Part shown: positions 39,201 to 53,700 of the stretch, piece by piece
Layout: every line of letters begins with the position of its first letter
How positions within the stretch are numbered: position 1 is the first letter of the stretch
Origin: Auanema rhodensis
Lineage: Eukaryota > Animalia > Nematoda
Direction: 5' to 3'
Assembly (NCBI GenBank): GCA_964057225.1
Contig: OZ059900.1
Location: 20,398,001-20,462,000 of the forward strand
DNA: 64,000 nucleotides
Made by a program: the position numbers and the translations under genes
The notes under the pieces: generated by a model
Seen by the model: the letters and a program-made list of their open reading frames with translations, nothing else
Told to the model about the DNA's origin: nothing
Databases searched by the model: none

Positions 39201-41250
39201 TAATTTTCTAACCCCTGTTTTTTTGTCGTGAAAGTGGAACTAGACGTTGTACGAACAATTTTGAGCTAGGTTTCATTGACATTGCATGAGTTTGAACACA
39301 TGAAATCGTAAGTCAAAACCTTGTTTACAGCGAAATTTCCAAAAACTGGTTTTCCAGCATAATAAAATATTTCTCATGGGAAATACTGTATTTTTGTATT
39401 TTTCTAGTGTTCAGCATGTAAAATGTTTCATTTTAGTATGTAACACGCTGAAATTCGTTGCACTTGACGACTCATATGAACAAAAATCGATTTAATCAAT
39501 ATTAGCCATAAAGGGCGTGCCCTCAGAATATGCTAATTTCATTAATTTTCTAACCCCTGTTTTTTTGTCGTGAAAGTAGAACTAGACGTTGTACGAACAA
39601 TTTTGAGCTAGGTTTCATTGACATTGCATAAGTTTGAACACATGAAATCGTAAGTCAAAACCTTGTTTACAGCGAAATTTCCAAAAACTGGTTTTCCAGC
39701 ATAATAAAATATTTCTCATGGGAAAAACTGTGTTTTTGTATTTTTCTAGTGTTCAGCATGTAAAATGCTTCATTTTAGTATGTAACACGCTGAAATTCGT
39801 TGCATTTGACGACTCATATGAACAAAAATCGATTTAATCAATATTAGCCATAAGGGGCGTGCCCTCAGAATATGCTAATTTCCTTAATTTTCTAACCCCT
39901 GTTTTTTGTCGTGAAAGTGGAACTAGACGTTGAACGGACAATTTTGAGCTAGGTTTTATTGACATTGTATGAGTTTGAACACATGAAATCGTAAGTCAAA
40001 ACCTTGTTTACAGCGAAATTTCCAAAAACTGGTTTTCCAGCATAATAAAATATTTCTCATGGGAAATACTGTGTTTTTGTATTTTTCTAGTGTTCAGCAT
40101 GTAAAATGCTTCATTTTAGTTAGTAACACGCTGAAATTCGTTGCATTTGACGACTCATATGAACAAAAATCGATTTAATCAATATTAGCCATAAGGGGCG
40201 TGCCCTCAGAATATGCTAATTTCCTTAATTTTCTAACCCCTGTTTTTTTGTCATGAAAGTGGAACTAGACGTTGTACTAACAATTTTGAGCTAGGTTTCA
40301 TTGACATTGCATGAGTTTGAACACATGAAATTGTAAGTCAAAACCTTGTTTACAGCGAAATTTCCAAAAACTGGTTTTCTAGCATAATAAAATATTTCTC
40401 ATGGGAAATACTGTGTTTTTGTATTTTTCTAGTGTTCAGCATCTAAAATGCTTCATTTTAGTATGTAACACGCTGAAATTCGTTGCATTTGACGACTCAT
40501 ATGAACAAAAATCGATTTAATCAATATTTGCCATAAGGGGCGTGCCCTCAGAATATGCTAATTTCCTTAATTTTCTAACCCCTGTTTTTTTGTCGTGAAA
40601 GTGGAACTAGACGTTGAACGGACAATTTTGAGCTAGGTTTTATTGACATTGTATGAGTTTGAACACATGAAATCGTAAGTCAAAACCTTGTTTACAGCGA
40701 AATTTCCAAAAACTGGTTTTCCAGCATAATAAAATATTTCTCATGGGAAATACTGTGTTTTTGTATTTTTCTAGTGTTCAGCATGTAAAATGCTTCATTT
40801 TAGTTAGTAACACGCTGAAATTCGTTGCATTTGACGACTCATATGAACAAAAATCGATTTAATCAATATTAGCCATAAGGGGCGTGCCCTCAGAATATGC
40901 TAATTTCCTTAATTTTCTAACCCCTGTTTTTTTGTCGTGAAAGTGGAACTAGACGTTGTACGAACAATTTTGAGCTAGGTTTCATTGACATTGCATGAGT
41001 TTGAACACATGAAATCGTAAGTCAAAACCTTGTTTACAGCGAAATTTCCAAAAACTGGTTTTCCAGCATAATAAAATATTTCTCATGGGAAATACTGTGT
41101 TTTTGTATTTTTCTAGTGTTCAGCATGTAAAATGCTTCATTTTAGTATGTAACACGCTGAAATTCGTTGCATTTGACGACTCATATGAACAAAAATCGAT
41201 TTAATCAATATTAGCCATAAGGGGCGTGCCCTCAGAATATGCTAATTTCC
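36000..41250 (+). repeat. Tandem 8-monomer higher-order duplication (~2 copies)
   Basis: GGAAAAACT ~36990/39725, GTCATGAA ~37517/40252, and GTTAGTA ~37385/40120 and ~38069/40804. All offsets are 2735 (8 x 342 - 1). Confidence 0.85.
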
Positions 41251-41336
41251 TTAATTTTCTAACCCCTGTTTTTTTGTCGTGAAAGTGGAACTAGACGTTG
41301 TACGAACAAATTTGAGCTAGGTTTCATTGACATTGC

Positions 41337-41546
41337 ATGAGTTTGAACACAAGAAATCGTAAGTCAAAACCTTGTTTACAGCGAAATTTTCAAAAACTGG
41401 TTTTCCAGCATAATAAAATATTTCTCATGGGAAATACTGTGTTTTTGTATTTTTCTAGTGTTCAGCATGTAAAATGGTTTATTTTAGTATGTAACACGCT
41501 GAAATTCGTTGCATTTGACGACTCATATGAACAAAAATCGATTTAA
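41337..41546 (+). other. 69-codon ORF inside the satellite monomer (first of 19 copies, last at 63221-63430); probably not a real gene
   Basis: Consensus reads ATG AGT TTG AAC ACA TGA. A T>A change gives AGA and opens the frame to TAA. I recognise no protein family or motif. The confidence value refers to it being a functional CDS. Confidence 0.07.
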
Positions 41547-41799
41547 TCAATATTAGCCATAAGGGGCGTGCCCTCAGAATATGCTAATTTCCTTAATTTT
41601 CTAACCCCTGTTTTTTTGTCGTGAAAGTGGAAGTAGACGTTGTACGAACAATTTTGAGCTAGGTTTCATTGACATTGCATGAGTTTGAACACATGAAATC
41701 GTAAGTCAAAACCTTGTTTACAGCGAAATTTCCAAAAACTGGTTTTCCAGCATAATAAAATATTTCTCATGGGAAATACTGTGTTTTTGTATTTTTCTA

Positions 41800-44700
41800 G
41801 TGTTCAGCATGTAAAATGCTTCATTTCAGTATGTAACACGCTGAAATTCGTTGCATTTGACGACGCATATGAACAAAAATCGATTTAATCAATATTAGCC
41901 ATAAGGGGCGTGCCCTCAGAATATGCTAATTTCCTTAATTTTCTAACCCCTGTTTTTTTGTCGTGAAAGTGGAACTAGACGTTGTACGAACAATTTTGAG
42001 CTAGGTTTCATTGACATTGCATGAGTTTGAACACAAGAAATCGTAAGTCAAAACCTTGTTTACAGCGAAATTTCCAAAAACTGGTTTTCCAGCATAATAA
42101 AATATTTCTCATGGGAAATACTGTGTTTTTGTATTTTTCTAGTGTTCAGCATGTAAAATGCTTCATTTAAGTATGTAACACGCTGAAATTCGTTGCATTT
42201 GACGACTCATATGAACAAAAATCGATTTAATCAATATTAGCCATAAGGGGCGTGCCCTCAGAATATGCTAATTTCCTTAATTTTCTAACCCCTGTTTTTT
42301 TGTCGTGAAAGTGGAAGTAGACGTTGTACGAACAATTTTGAGCTAGGTTTCATTGACATTGCATGAGTTTGAACACATGAAATCGTAAGTCAAAACCTTG
42401 TTTACAGCGAAATTTCCAAAAACTGGTTTTCCAGCATAATAAAATATTTCTCATGGGAAATACTGTGTTTTTGTATTTTTCTAGTGTTCAGCATGTAAAA
42501 TGCTTCATTTCAGTATGTAACACGCTGAAATTCGTTGCATTTGACGACGCATATGAACAAAAATCGATTTAATCAATATTAGCCATAAGGGGCGTGCCCT
42601 CAGAATATGCTAATTTCCTTAATTTTCTAACCCCTGTTTTTTTGTCGTGAAAGTGGAACTAGACGTTGTACGAACAATTTTGAGCTAGGTTTCATTGACA
42701 TTGCATGAGTTTGAACACAAGAAATCGTAAGTCAAAACCTTGTTTACAGCGAAATTTCCAAAAACTGGTTTTCCAGCATAATAAAATATTTCTCATGGGA
42801 AATACTGTGTTTTTGTATTTTTCTAGTGTTCAGCATGTAAAATGCTTCATTTAAGTATGTAACACGCTGAAATTCGTTGCATTTGACGACTCATATGAAC
42901 AAAAATCGATTTAATCAATATTAGCCATAAGGGGCGTGCCCTCAGAATATGCTAATTTCCTTAATTTTCTAACCCCTGTTTTTTTGTCGTGAAAGTGGAA
43001 CTAGACGTTGTACGAACAATTTTGAGCTAGGTTTCATTGACATTGCATGAGTTTGAACACATGAAATCGTAAGTCAAAACCTTGTTTACAGCGAAATTTC
43101 CAAAAACTGGTTTTCCAGCATAATAAAATATTTCTCATGGGAAATACTGTGTTTTTGTATTTTTCTAGTGTTCAGCATGTAAAATGCTTCATTTTAGTAT
43201 GTAACACGCTGAAATTCGTTGCATTTGACGACTCATATGAACAAAAATCGATTTAATCAATATTAGCCATAAGGGGCGTGCCCTCAGAATATGCTAATTT
43301 CCTTAATTTTCTAACCCCTGTTTTTTTGTCGTGAAAGTGGAACTAGACGTTGTACGAACAATTTTGAGCTAGGTTTCATTGACATTGCATGAGTTTGAAC
43401 ACATGAAATCGTAAGTCAAAACCTTGTTTACAGCGAAATTTCCAAAAACTGGTTTTCCAGCATAATAAAATATTTCTCATGGGAAATACTGTGTTTTTGT
43501 ATTTTTCTAGTGTTCAGCATGTAAAATGCTTCATTTAAGTATGTAACACGCTGAAATTCGTTGCATTTGCGACTCATATGAACAAAAATCGATTTAATCA
43601 ATATTAGCCATAAGGGGCGTGCCCTCAGAATATGCTAATTTCCTTAATTTTCTAACCCCTGTTTTTTGTCGTGAAAGTGGAACTAGACGTTGTACGAACA
43701 ATTTTGAGCTAGGTTTCATTGACATTGCATGAGTTTGAACACATGAAATCGTAAGTCAAAACCTTGTTTACAGCGAAATTTCCAAAAACTGGTTTTCCAG
43801 CATAATAAAATATTTCTCATGGGAAATACTGTGTTTTTGTATTTTTCTAGTGTTCAGCATGTAAAATGCTTCATTTTAGTATGTAACACGCTGAAATTCG
43901 TTGCATTTGACGACTCATATGAACAAAAATCGATTTAATCAATATTAGCCATAAGGGGCGTGCCCTCAGAATATGCTAATTTCCTTAATTTTCTAACTCC
44001 TGTTTTTTTGTCGTGAAAGTGGAACTAGACGTTGTACGAACAATTTTGAGCTAGGTTTCATTGACATTGCATGAGTTTGAACACATGAAATCGTAAGTCA
44101 AAACCTTGTTTACAGCGAAATTTCCAAAAACTGGTTTTCCAGCATAATAAAATATTTCTCATGGGAAATACTGTGTTTTTGTATTTTTCTAGTGTTCAGC
44201 ATGTAAAATGCTTCATTTTAGTATGTAACACGCTGAAATTCGTTGCATTTGACGACTCATATGAACAAAAATCGATTTAATCAATATTAGCCATAAGGGG
44301 CGTGCCCTCAGAATATGCTAATTTCCTTAATTTTCTAACCCCTGTTTTTTTGTCGTGAAAGTGGAACTAGACGTTGTACGAACAATTTTGAGCTAGGTTT
44401 CATTGACATTGCATGAATTTGAACACATGAAATCGTAAGTCAAAACCTTGTTTACAGCGAAATTTCCAAAAACTGGTTTTCCAGCATAATAAAATATTTC
44501 TCATGGGAAATACTGTGTTTTTGTATTTTTCTAGTGTTCAGCATGTAAAATGCTTCATTTTAGTATGTAACACGCTGAAATTCGTTGCATTTGACGACTC
44601 ATATGAACAAAAATCGATTTAATCAATATTAGCCATAAGGGGCGTGCCCTCAGAATATGCTAATTTCCTTAATTTTCTAACCCCTGTTTTTTTGTCGTGA

Positions 44701-47700
44701 AAGTGGAACTAGACGTTGTACGAACAAATTTGAGCTAGGTTTCATTGACATTGCATGAGTTTGAACACAAGAAATCGTAAGTCAAAACCTTGTTTACAGC
44801 GAAATTTTCAAAAACTGGTTTTCCAGCATAATAAAATATTTCTCATGGGAAATACTGTGTTTTTGTATTTTTCTAGTGTTCAGCATGTAAAATGCTTCAT
44901 TTTAGTATGTAACACGCTGAAATTCGTTGCATTTGACGACTCATATGAACAAAAATCGATTTAATCAATATTAGCCATAAGGGGCGTGCCCTCAGAATAT
45001 GCTAATTTCCTTAATTTTCTAACCCCTGTTTTTTTGTCGTGAAAGTGGAAGTAGACGTTGTACGAACAATTTTGAGCTAGGTTTCATTGACATTGCATGA
45101 GTTTGAACACATGAAATCGTAAGTCAAAACCTTGTTTACAGCGAAATTTCCAAAAACTGGTTTTCCAGCATAATAAAATATTTCTCATGGGAAATACTGT
45201 GTTTTTGTATTTTTCTAGTGTTCAGCATGTAAAATGCTTCATTTCAGTATGTAACACGCTGAAATTCGTTGCATTTGACGACGCATATGAACAAAAATCG
45301 ATTTAATCAATATTAGCCATAAGGGGCGTGCCCTCAGAATATGCTAATTTCCTTAATTTTCTAACCCCTGTTTTTTTGTCGTGAAAGTGGAACTAGACGT
45401 TGTACGAACAATTTTGAGCTAGGTTTCATTGACATTGCATGAGTTTGAACACATGAAATCGTAAGTCAAAACCTTGTTTACAGCGAAATTTCCAAAAACT
45501 GGTTTTCCAGCATAATAAAATATTTCTCATGGGAAATACTGTGTTTTTGTATTTTTCTAGTGTTCAGCATGTAAAATGCTTTATTTTAGTATGTAACACG
45601 CTGAAATTCGTTGCATTTGACGACTCATATGAACAAAAATCGATTTAATCAATATTAGCCATAAGGGGCGTGCCCTCAGAATATGCTAATTTCCTTAATT
45701 TTCTAACCCCTGTTTTTTTGTCGTGAAAGTGGAAGTAGACGTTGTACGAACAATTTTGAGCTAGGTTTCATTGACATTGCATGAATTTGAACACATGAAA
45801 TCGTAAGTCAAAACCTTGTTTACAGCGAAATTTCCAAAAACTGGTTTTCCAGCATAATAAAATATTTCTCATGGGAAATACTGTGTTTTTGTATTTTTCT
45901 AGTGTTCAGCATGTAAAATGCTTCATTTTAGTATGTAACACGCTGAAATTCGTTGCATTTGACGACTCATATGAACAAAAATCGATTTAATCAATATTAG
46001 CCATAAGGGGCGTGCCCTCAGAATATGCTAATTTCCTTAATTTTCTAACCCCTGTTTTTTTGTCGTGAAAGTGGAACTAGACGTTGTACGAACAATTTTG
46101 AGCTAGGTTTCATTGACATTGCATGAATTTGAACACATGAAATCGTAAGTCAAAACCTTGTTTACAGCGAAATTTCCAAAAACTGGTTTTCCAGCATAAT
46201 AAAATATTTCTCATGGGAAATACTGTGTTTTTGTATTTTTCTAGTGTTCAGCATGTAAAATGCTTCATTTCAGTATGTAACACGCTGAAATTCGTTGCAT
46301 TTGACGACGCATATGAACAAAAATCGATTTAATCAATATTAGCCATAAGGGGCGTGCCCTCAGAATATGCTAATTTCCTTAATTTTCTAACCCCTGTTTT
46401 TTTGTCGTGAAAGTGGAACTAGACGTTGTACGAACAATTTTGAGCTAGGTTTCATTGACATTGCATGAGTTTGAACACAAGAAATCGTAAGTCAAAACCT
46501 TGTTTACAGCGAAATTTCCAAAAACTGGTTTTCCAGCATAATAAAATATTTCTCATGGGAAATACTGTGTTTTTGTATTTTTCTAGTGTTCAGCATGTAA
46601 AATGCTTCATTTAAGTATGTAACACGCTGAAATTCGTTGCATTTGACGACTCATATGAACAAAAATCGATTTAATCAATATTAGCCATAAGGGGCGTGCC
46701 CTCAGAATATGCTAATTTCCTTAATTTTCTAACCCCTGTTTTTTTGTCGTGAAAGTGGAAGTAGACGTTGTACGAACAATTTTGAGCTAGGTTTCATTGA
46801 CATTGCATGAGTTTGAACACATGAAATCGTAAGTCAAAACCTTGTTTACAGCGAAATTTCCAAAAACTGGTTTTCCAGCATAATAAAATATTTCTCATGG
46901 GAAATACTGTGTTTTTGTATTTTTCTAGTGTTCAGCATGTAAAATGCTTCATTTCAGTATGTAACACGCTGAAATTCGTTGCATTTGACGACGCATATGA
47001 ACAAAAATCGATTTAATCAATATTAGCCATAAGGGGCGTGCCCTCAGAATATGCTAATTTCCTTAATTTTCTAACCCCTGTTTTTTTGTCGTGAAAGTGG
47101 AACTAGACGTTGTACGAACAATTTTGAGCTAGGTTTCATTGACATTGCATGAGTTTGAACACAAGAAATCGTAAGTCAAAACCTTGTTTACAGCGAAATT
47201 TCCAAAAACTGGTTTTCCAGCATAATAAAATATTTCTCATGGGAAATACTGTGTTTTTGTATTTTTCTAGTGTTCAGCATGTAAAATGCTTCATTTAAGT
47301 ATGTAACACGCTGAAATTCGTTGCATTTGACGACTCATATGAACAAAAATCGATTTAATCAATATTAGCCATAAGGGGCGTGCCCTCAGAATATGCTAAT
47401 TTCCTTAATTTTCTAACCCCTGTTTTTTTGTCGTGAAAGTGGAACTAGACGTTGTACGAACAATTTTGAGCTAGGTTTCATTGACATTGCATGAGTTTGA
47501 ACACATGAAATCGTAAGTCAAAACCTTGTTTACAGCGAAATTTCCAAAAACTGGTTTTCCAGCATAATAAAATATTTCTCATGGGAAATACTGTGTTTTT
47601 GTATTTTTCTAGTGTTCAGCATGTAAAATGCTTCATTTTAGTATGTAACACGCTGAAATTCGTTGCATTTGACGACTCATATGAACAAAAATCGATTTAA

Positions 47701-50700
47701 TCAATATTAGCCATAAGGGGCGTGCCCTCAGAATATGCTAATTTCCTTAATTTTCTAACCCCTGTTTTTTTGTCGTGAAAGTGGAACTAGACGTTGTACG
47801 AACAATTTTGAGCTAGGTTTCATTGACATTGCATGAGTTTGAACACATGAAATCGTAAGTCAAAACCTTGTTTACAGCGAAATTTCCAAAAACTGGTTTT
47901 CCAGCATAATAAAATATTTCTCATGGGAAATACTGTGTTTTTGTATTTTTCTAGTGTTCAGCATGTAAAATGCTTCATTTAAGTATGTAACACGCTGAAA
48001 TTCGTTGCATTTGCGACTCATATGAACAAAAATCGATTTAATCAATATTAGCCATAAGGGGCGTGCCCTCAGAATATGCTAATTTCCTTAATTTTCTAAC
48101 CCCTGTTTTTTGTCGTGAAAGTGGAACTAGACGTTGTACGAACAATTTTGAGCTAGGTTTCATTGACATTGCATGAGTTTGAACACATGAAATCGTAAGT
48201 CAAAACCTTGTTTACAGCGAAATTTCCAAAAACTGGTTTTCCAGCATAATAAAATATTTCTCATGGGAAATACTGTGTTTTTGTATTTTTCTAGTGTTCA
48301 GCATGTAAAATGCTTCATTTTAGTATGTAACACGCTGAAATTCGTTGCATTTGACGACTCATATGAACAAAAATCGATTTAATCAATATTAGCCATAAGG
48401 GGCGTGCCCTCAGAATATGCTAATTTCCTTAATTTTCTAACTCCTGTTTTTTTGTCGTGAAAGTGGAACTAGACGTTGTACGAACAATTTTGAGCTAGGT
48501 TTCATTGACATTGCATAAGTTTGAACACATGAAATCGTAAGTCAAAACCTTGTTTACAGCGAAATTTCCAAAAACTGGTTTTCCAGCATAATAAAATATT
48601 TCTCATGGGAAATACTGTGTTTTTGTATTTTTCTAGTGTTCAGCATGTAAAATGCTTCATTTTAGTATGTAACACGCTGAAATTCGTTGCATTTGACGAC
48701 TCATATGAACAAAAATCGATTTAATCAATATTAGCCATAAGGGGCGTGCCCTCAGAATATGCTAATTTCCTTAATTTTCTAACCCCTGTTTTTTTGTCGT
48801 GAAAGTGGAACTAGACGTTGTACGAACAATTTTGAGCTAGGTTTCATTGACATTGCATGAATTTGAACACATGAAATCGTAAGTCAAAACCTTGTTTACA
48901 GCGAAATTTCCAAAAACTGGTTTTCCAGCATAATAAAATATTTCTCATGGGAAATACTGTGTTTTTGTATTTTTCTAGTGTTCAGCATGTAAAATGCTTC
49001 ATTTTAGTATGTAACACGCTGAAATTCGTTGCATTTGACGACTCATATGAACAAAAATCGATTTAATCAATATTAGCCATAAGGGGCGTGCCCTCAGAAT
49101 ATGCTAATTTCCTTAATTTTCTAACCCCTGTTTTTTTGTCGTGAAAGTGGAACTAGACGTTGTACGAACAAATTTGAGCTAGGTTTCATTGACATTGCAT
49201 GAGTTTGAACACAAGAAATCGTAAGTCAAAACCTTGTTTACAGCGAAATTTTCAAAAACTGGTTTTCCAGCATAATAAAATATTTCTCATGGGAAATACT
49301 GTGTTTTTGTATTTTTCTAGTGTTCAGCATGTAAAATGCTTCATTTTAGTATGTAACACGCTGAAATTCGTTGCATTTGACGACTCATATGAACAAAAAT
49401 CGATTTAATCAATATTAGCCATAAGGGGCGTGCCCTCAGAATATGCTAATTTCCTTAATTTTCTAACCCCTGTTTTTTTGTCGTGAAAGTGGAAGTAGAC
49501 GTTGTACGAACAATTTTGAGCTAGGTTTCATTGACATTGGATGAGTTTGAACACATGAAATCGTAAGTCAAAACCTTGTTTACAGCGAAATTTCCAAAAA
49601 CTGGTTTTCCAGCATAATAAAATATTTCTCATGGGAAATACTGTGTTTTTGTATTTTTCTAGTGTTCAGCATGTAAAATGCTTCATTTCAGTATGTAACA
49701 CGCTGAAATTCGTTGCATTTGACGACGCATATGAACAAAAATCGATTTAATCAATATTAGCCATAAAGGGCGTGCCCTCAGAATATGCTAATTTCCTTAA
49801 TTTTCTAACCCCTGTTTTTTTGTCGTGAAAGTGGAACTAGACGTTGTACGAACAATTTTGAGCTAGGTTTCATTGACATTGCATGAGTTTGAACACATGA
49901 AATCGTAAGTCAAAACCTTGTTTACAGCGAAATTTCCAAAAACTGGTTTTCCAGCATAATAAAATATTTCTCATGGGAAATACTGTGTTTTTGTATTTTT
50001 CTAGTGTTCAGCATGTAAAATGCTTTATTTTAGTATGTAACACGCTGAAATTCGTTGCATTTGACGACTCATATGAACAAAAATCGATTTAATCAATATT
50101 AGCCATAAGGGGCGTGCCCTCAGAATATGCTAATTTCCTTAATTTTCTAACCCCTGTTTTTTTGTCGTGAAAGTGGAAGTAGACGTTGTACGAACAATTT
50201 TGAGCTAGGTTTCATTGACATTGCATGAATTTGAACACATGAAATCGTAAGTCAAAACCTTGTTTACAGCGAAATTTCCAAAAACTGGTTTTCCAGCATA
50301 ATAAAATATTTCTCATGGGAAATACTGTGTTTTTGTATTTTTCTAGTGTTCAGCATGTAAAATGCTTCATTTTAGTATGTAACACGCTGAAATTCGTTGC
50401 ATTTGACGACTCATATGAACAAAAATCGATTTAATCAATATTAGCCATAAGGGGCGTGCCCTCAGAATATGCTAATTTCCTTAATTTTCTAACCCCTGTT
50501 TTTTTGTCGTGAAAGTGGAACTAGACGTTGTACGAACAATTTTGAGCTAGGTTTCATTGACATTGCATGAATTTGAACACATGAAATCGTAAGTCAAAAC
50601 CTTGTTTACAGCGAAATTTCCAAAAACTGGTTTTCCAGCATAATAAAATATTTCTCATGGGAAATACTGTGTTTTTGTATTTTTCTAGTGTTCAGCATGT
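41800..50700 (+). repeat. Tandem 13-monomer higher-order duplication (~2 copies)
   Basis: The 1-bp deletion TTGCGACTC is at ~43569/48013, TAACTCC at ~43997/48441 and ORF starts at 44755/49199. All offsets are 4444 (13 x 342 - 2). Confidence 0.85.
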
Positions 50701-53700
50701 AAAATACTTCATTTTAGTATGTAACACGCTGAAATTCGTTGCATTTGACGACTCATATGAACAAAAATCGATTTAATCAATATTAGCCATAAGGGGCGTG
50801 CCCTCAGAATATGCTAATTTCCTTAATTTTCTAACCCCTGTTTTTTTGTCGTGAAAGTGGAACTAGACGTTGTACGAACAAATTTGAGCTAGGTTTCATT
50901 GACATTGCATGAGTTTGAACACAAGAAATCGTAAGTCAAAACCTTGTTTACAGCGAAATTTTCAAAAACTGGTTTTCCAGCATAATAAAATATTTCTCAT
51001 GGGAAATACTGTGTTTTTGTATTTTTCTAGTGTTCAGCATGTAAAATGCTTCATTTTAGTATGTAACACGCTGAAATTCGTTGCATTTGACGACTCATAT
51101 GAACAAAAATCGATTTAATCAATATTAGCCATAAGGGGCGTGCCCTCAGAATATGCTAATTTCCTTAATTTTCTAACCCCTGTTTTTTTGTCGTGAAAGT
51201 GGAAGTAGACGTTGTACGAACAATTTTGAGCTAGGTTTCATTGACATTGCATGAGTTTGAACACATGAAATCGTAAGTCAAAACCTTGTTTACAGCGAAA
51301 TTTCCAAAAACTGGTTTTCCAGCATAATAAAATATTTCTCATGGGAAATACTGTGTTTTTGTATTTTTCTAGTGTTCAGCATGTAAAATGCTTCATTTCA
51401 GTATGTAACACGCTGAAATTCGTTGCATTTGACGACGCATATGAACAAAAATCGATTTAATCAATATTAGCCATAAGGGGCGTGCCCTCAGAATATGCTA
51501 ATTTCCTTAATTTTCTAACCCCTGTTTTTTTGTCGTGAAAGTGGAACTAGACGTTGTACGAACAATTTTGAGCTAGGTTTCATTGACATTGCATGAGTTT
51601 GAACACATGAAATCGTAAGTCAAAACCTTGTTTACAGCGAAATTTCCAAAAACTGGTTTTCCAGCATAATAAAATATTTCTCATGGGAAATACTGTGTTT
51701 TTGTATTTTTCTAGTGTTCAGCATGTAAAATGCTTTATTTTAGTATGTAACACGCTGAAATTCGTTGCATTTGACGACTCATATGAACAAAAATCGATTT
51801 AATCAATATTAGCCATAAGGGGCGTGCCCTCAGAATATGCTAATTTCCTTAATTTTCTAACCCCTGTTTTTTTGTCGTGAAAGTGGAAGTAGACGTTGTA
51901 CGAACAATTTTGAGCTAGGTTTCATTGACATTGCATGAATTTGAACACATGAAATCGTAAGTCAAAACCTTGTTTACAGCGAAATTTCCAAAAACTGGTT
52001 TTCCAGCATAATAAAATATTTCTCATGGGAAATACTGTGTTTTTGTATTTTTCTAGTGTTCAGCATGTAAAATGCTTCATTTTAGTATGTAACACGCTGA
52101 AATTCGTTGCATTTGACGACTCATATGAACAAAAATCGATTTAATCAATATTAGCCATAAGGGGCGTGCCCTCAGAATATGCTAATTTCCTTAATTTTCT
52201 AACCCCTGTTTTTTTGTCGTGAAAGTGGAACTAGACGTTGTACGAACAAATTTGAGCTAGGTTTCATTGACATTGCATGAGTTTGAACACAAGAAATCGT
52301 AAGTCAAAACCTTGTTTACAGCGAAATTTCCAAAAACTGGTTTTCCAGCATAATAAAATATTTCTCATGGGAAGTACTGTGTTTTTGTATTTTTCTAGTG
52401 TTCAGCATGTAAAATGCTTCATTTTAGTATGTAACACGCTGAAATTCGTTGCATTTGACGACTCATATGAACAAAAATCGATTTAATCAATATTAGCCAT
52501 AAGGGGCGTGCCCTCAGAATATGCTAATTTCCTTAATTTTCTAACCCCTGTTTTTTTGTCGTGAAAGTGGAACTAGACGTTGTACGAACAATTTTGAGCT
52601 AGGTTTCATTGACATTGCATGAGTTTGAACACATGAAATCGTAAGTCAAAACCTTGTTTACAGCGAAATTTCCAAAAACTGGTTTTCCAGCATAATAAAA
52701 TATTTCTCATGGGAAATACTGTGTTTTTGTATTTTTCTAGTGTTCAGCATGTAAAATGCTTCATTTTAGTATGTAACACGCTGAAATTCGTTGCATTTGA
52801 CGACTCATATGAACAAAAATCGATTTAATCAATATTAGCCATAAGGGGCGTGCCCTCAGAATATGCTAATTTCCTTAATTTTCTAACCCCTGTTTTTTTG
52901 TCGTGAAAGTGGAACTAGACGTTGTACGAACAAACTTGAGCTAGGTTTCATTGACATTGCATGAGTTTGAACACAAGAAATCGTAAGTCAAAACCTTGTT
53001 TACAGCGAAATTTTCAAAAACTGGTTTTCCAGCATAATAAAATATTTCTCATGGGAAATACTGTGTTTTTGTATTTTTCTAGTGTTCAGCATGTAAAATG
53101 CTTCATTTTAGTATGTAACACGCTGAAATTCGTTGCATTTGACGACTCATATGAACAAAAATCGATTTAATCAATATTAGCCATAAGGGGCGTGCCCTCA
53201 GAATATGCTAATTTCCTTAATTTTCTAACCCCTGTTTTTTTGTCGTGAAAGTGGAACTAGACGTTGTACGAACAATTTTGAGCTAGGTTTCATTGACATT
53301 GCATGAATTTGAACACATGAAATCGTAAGTCAAAACCTTGTTTACAGCGAAATTTCCAAAAACTGGTTTTCCAGCATAATAAAATATTTCTCATGGGAAA
53401 TACTGTGTTTTTGTATTTTTCTAGTGTTCAGCATGTAAAATGCTTCATTTTAGTATGTAACACGCTGAAATTCGTTGCATTTGACGACTCATATGAACAA
53501 AAATCGATTTAATCAATATTAGCCATAAGGGGCGTGCCCTCAGAATATGCTAATTTCCTTAATTTTCTAACCCCTGTTTTTTTGTCGTGAAAGTGGAACT
53601 AGACGTTGTACGAACAAATTTGAGCTAGGTTTCATTGACATTGCATGAGTTTGAACACAAGAAATCGTAAGTCAAAACCTTGTTTACAGCGAAATTTTCA

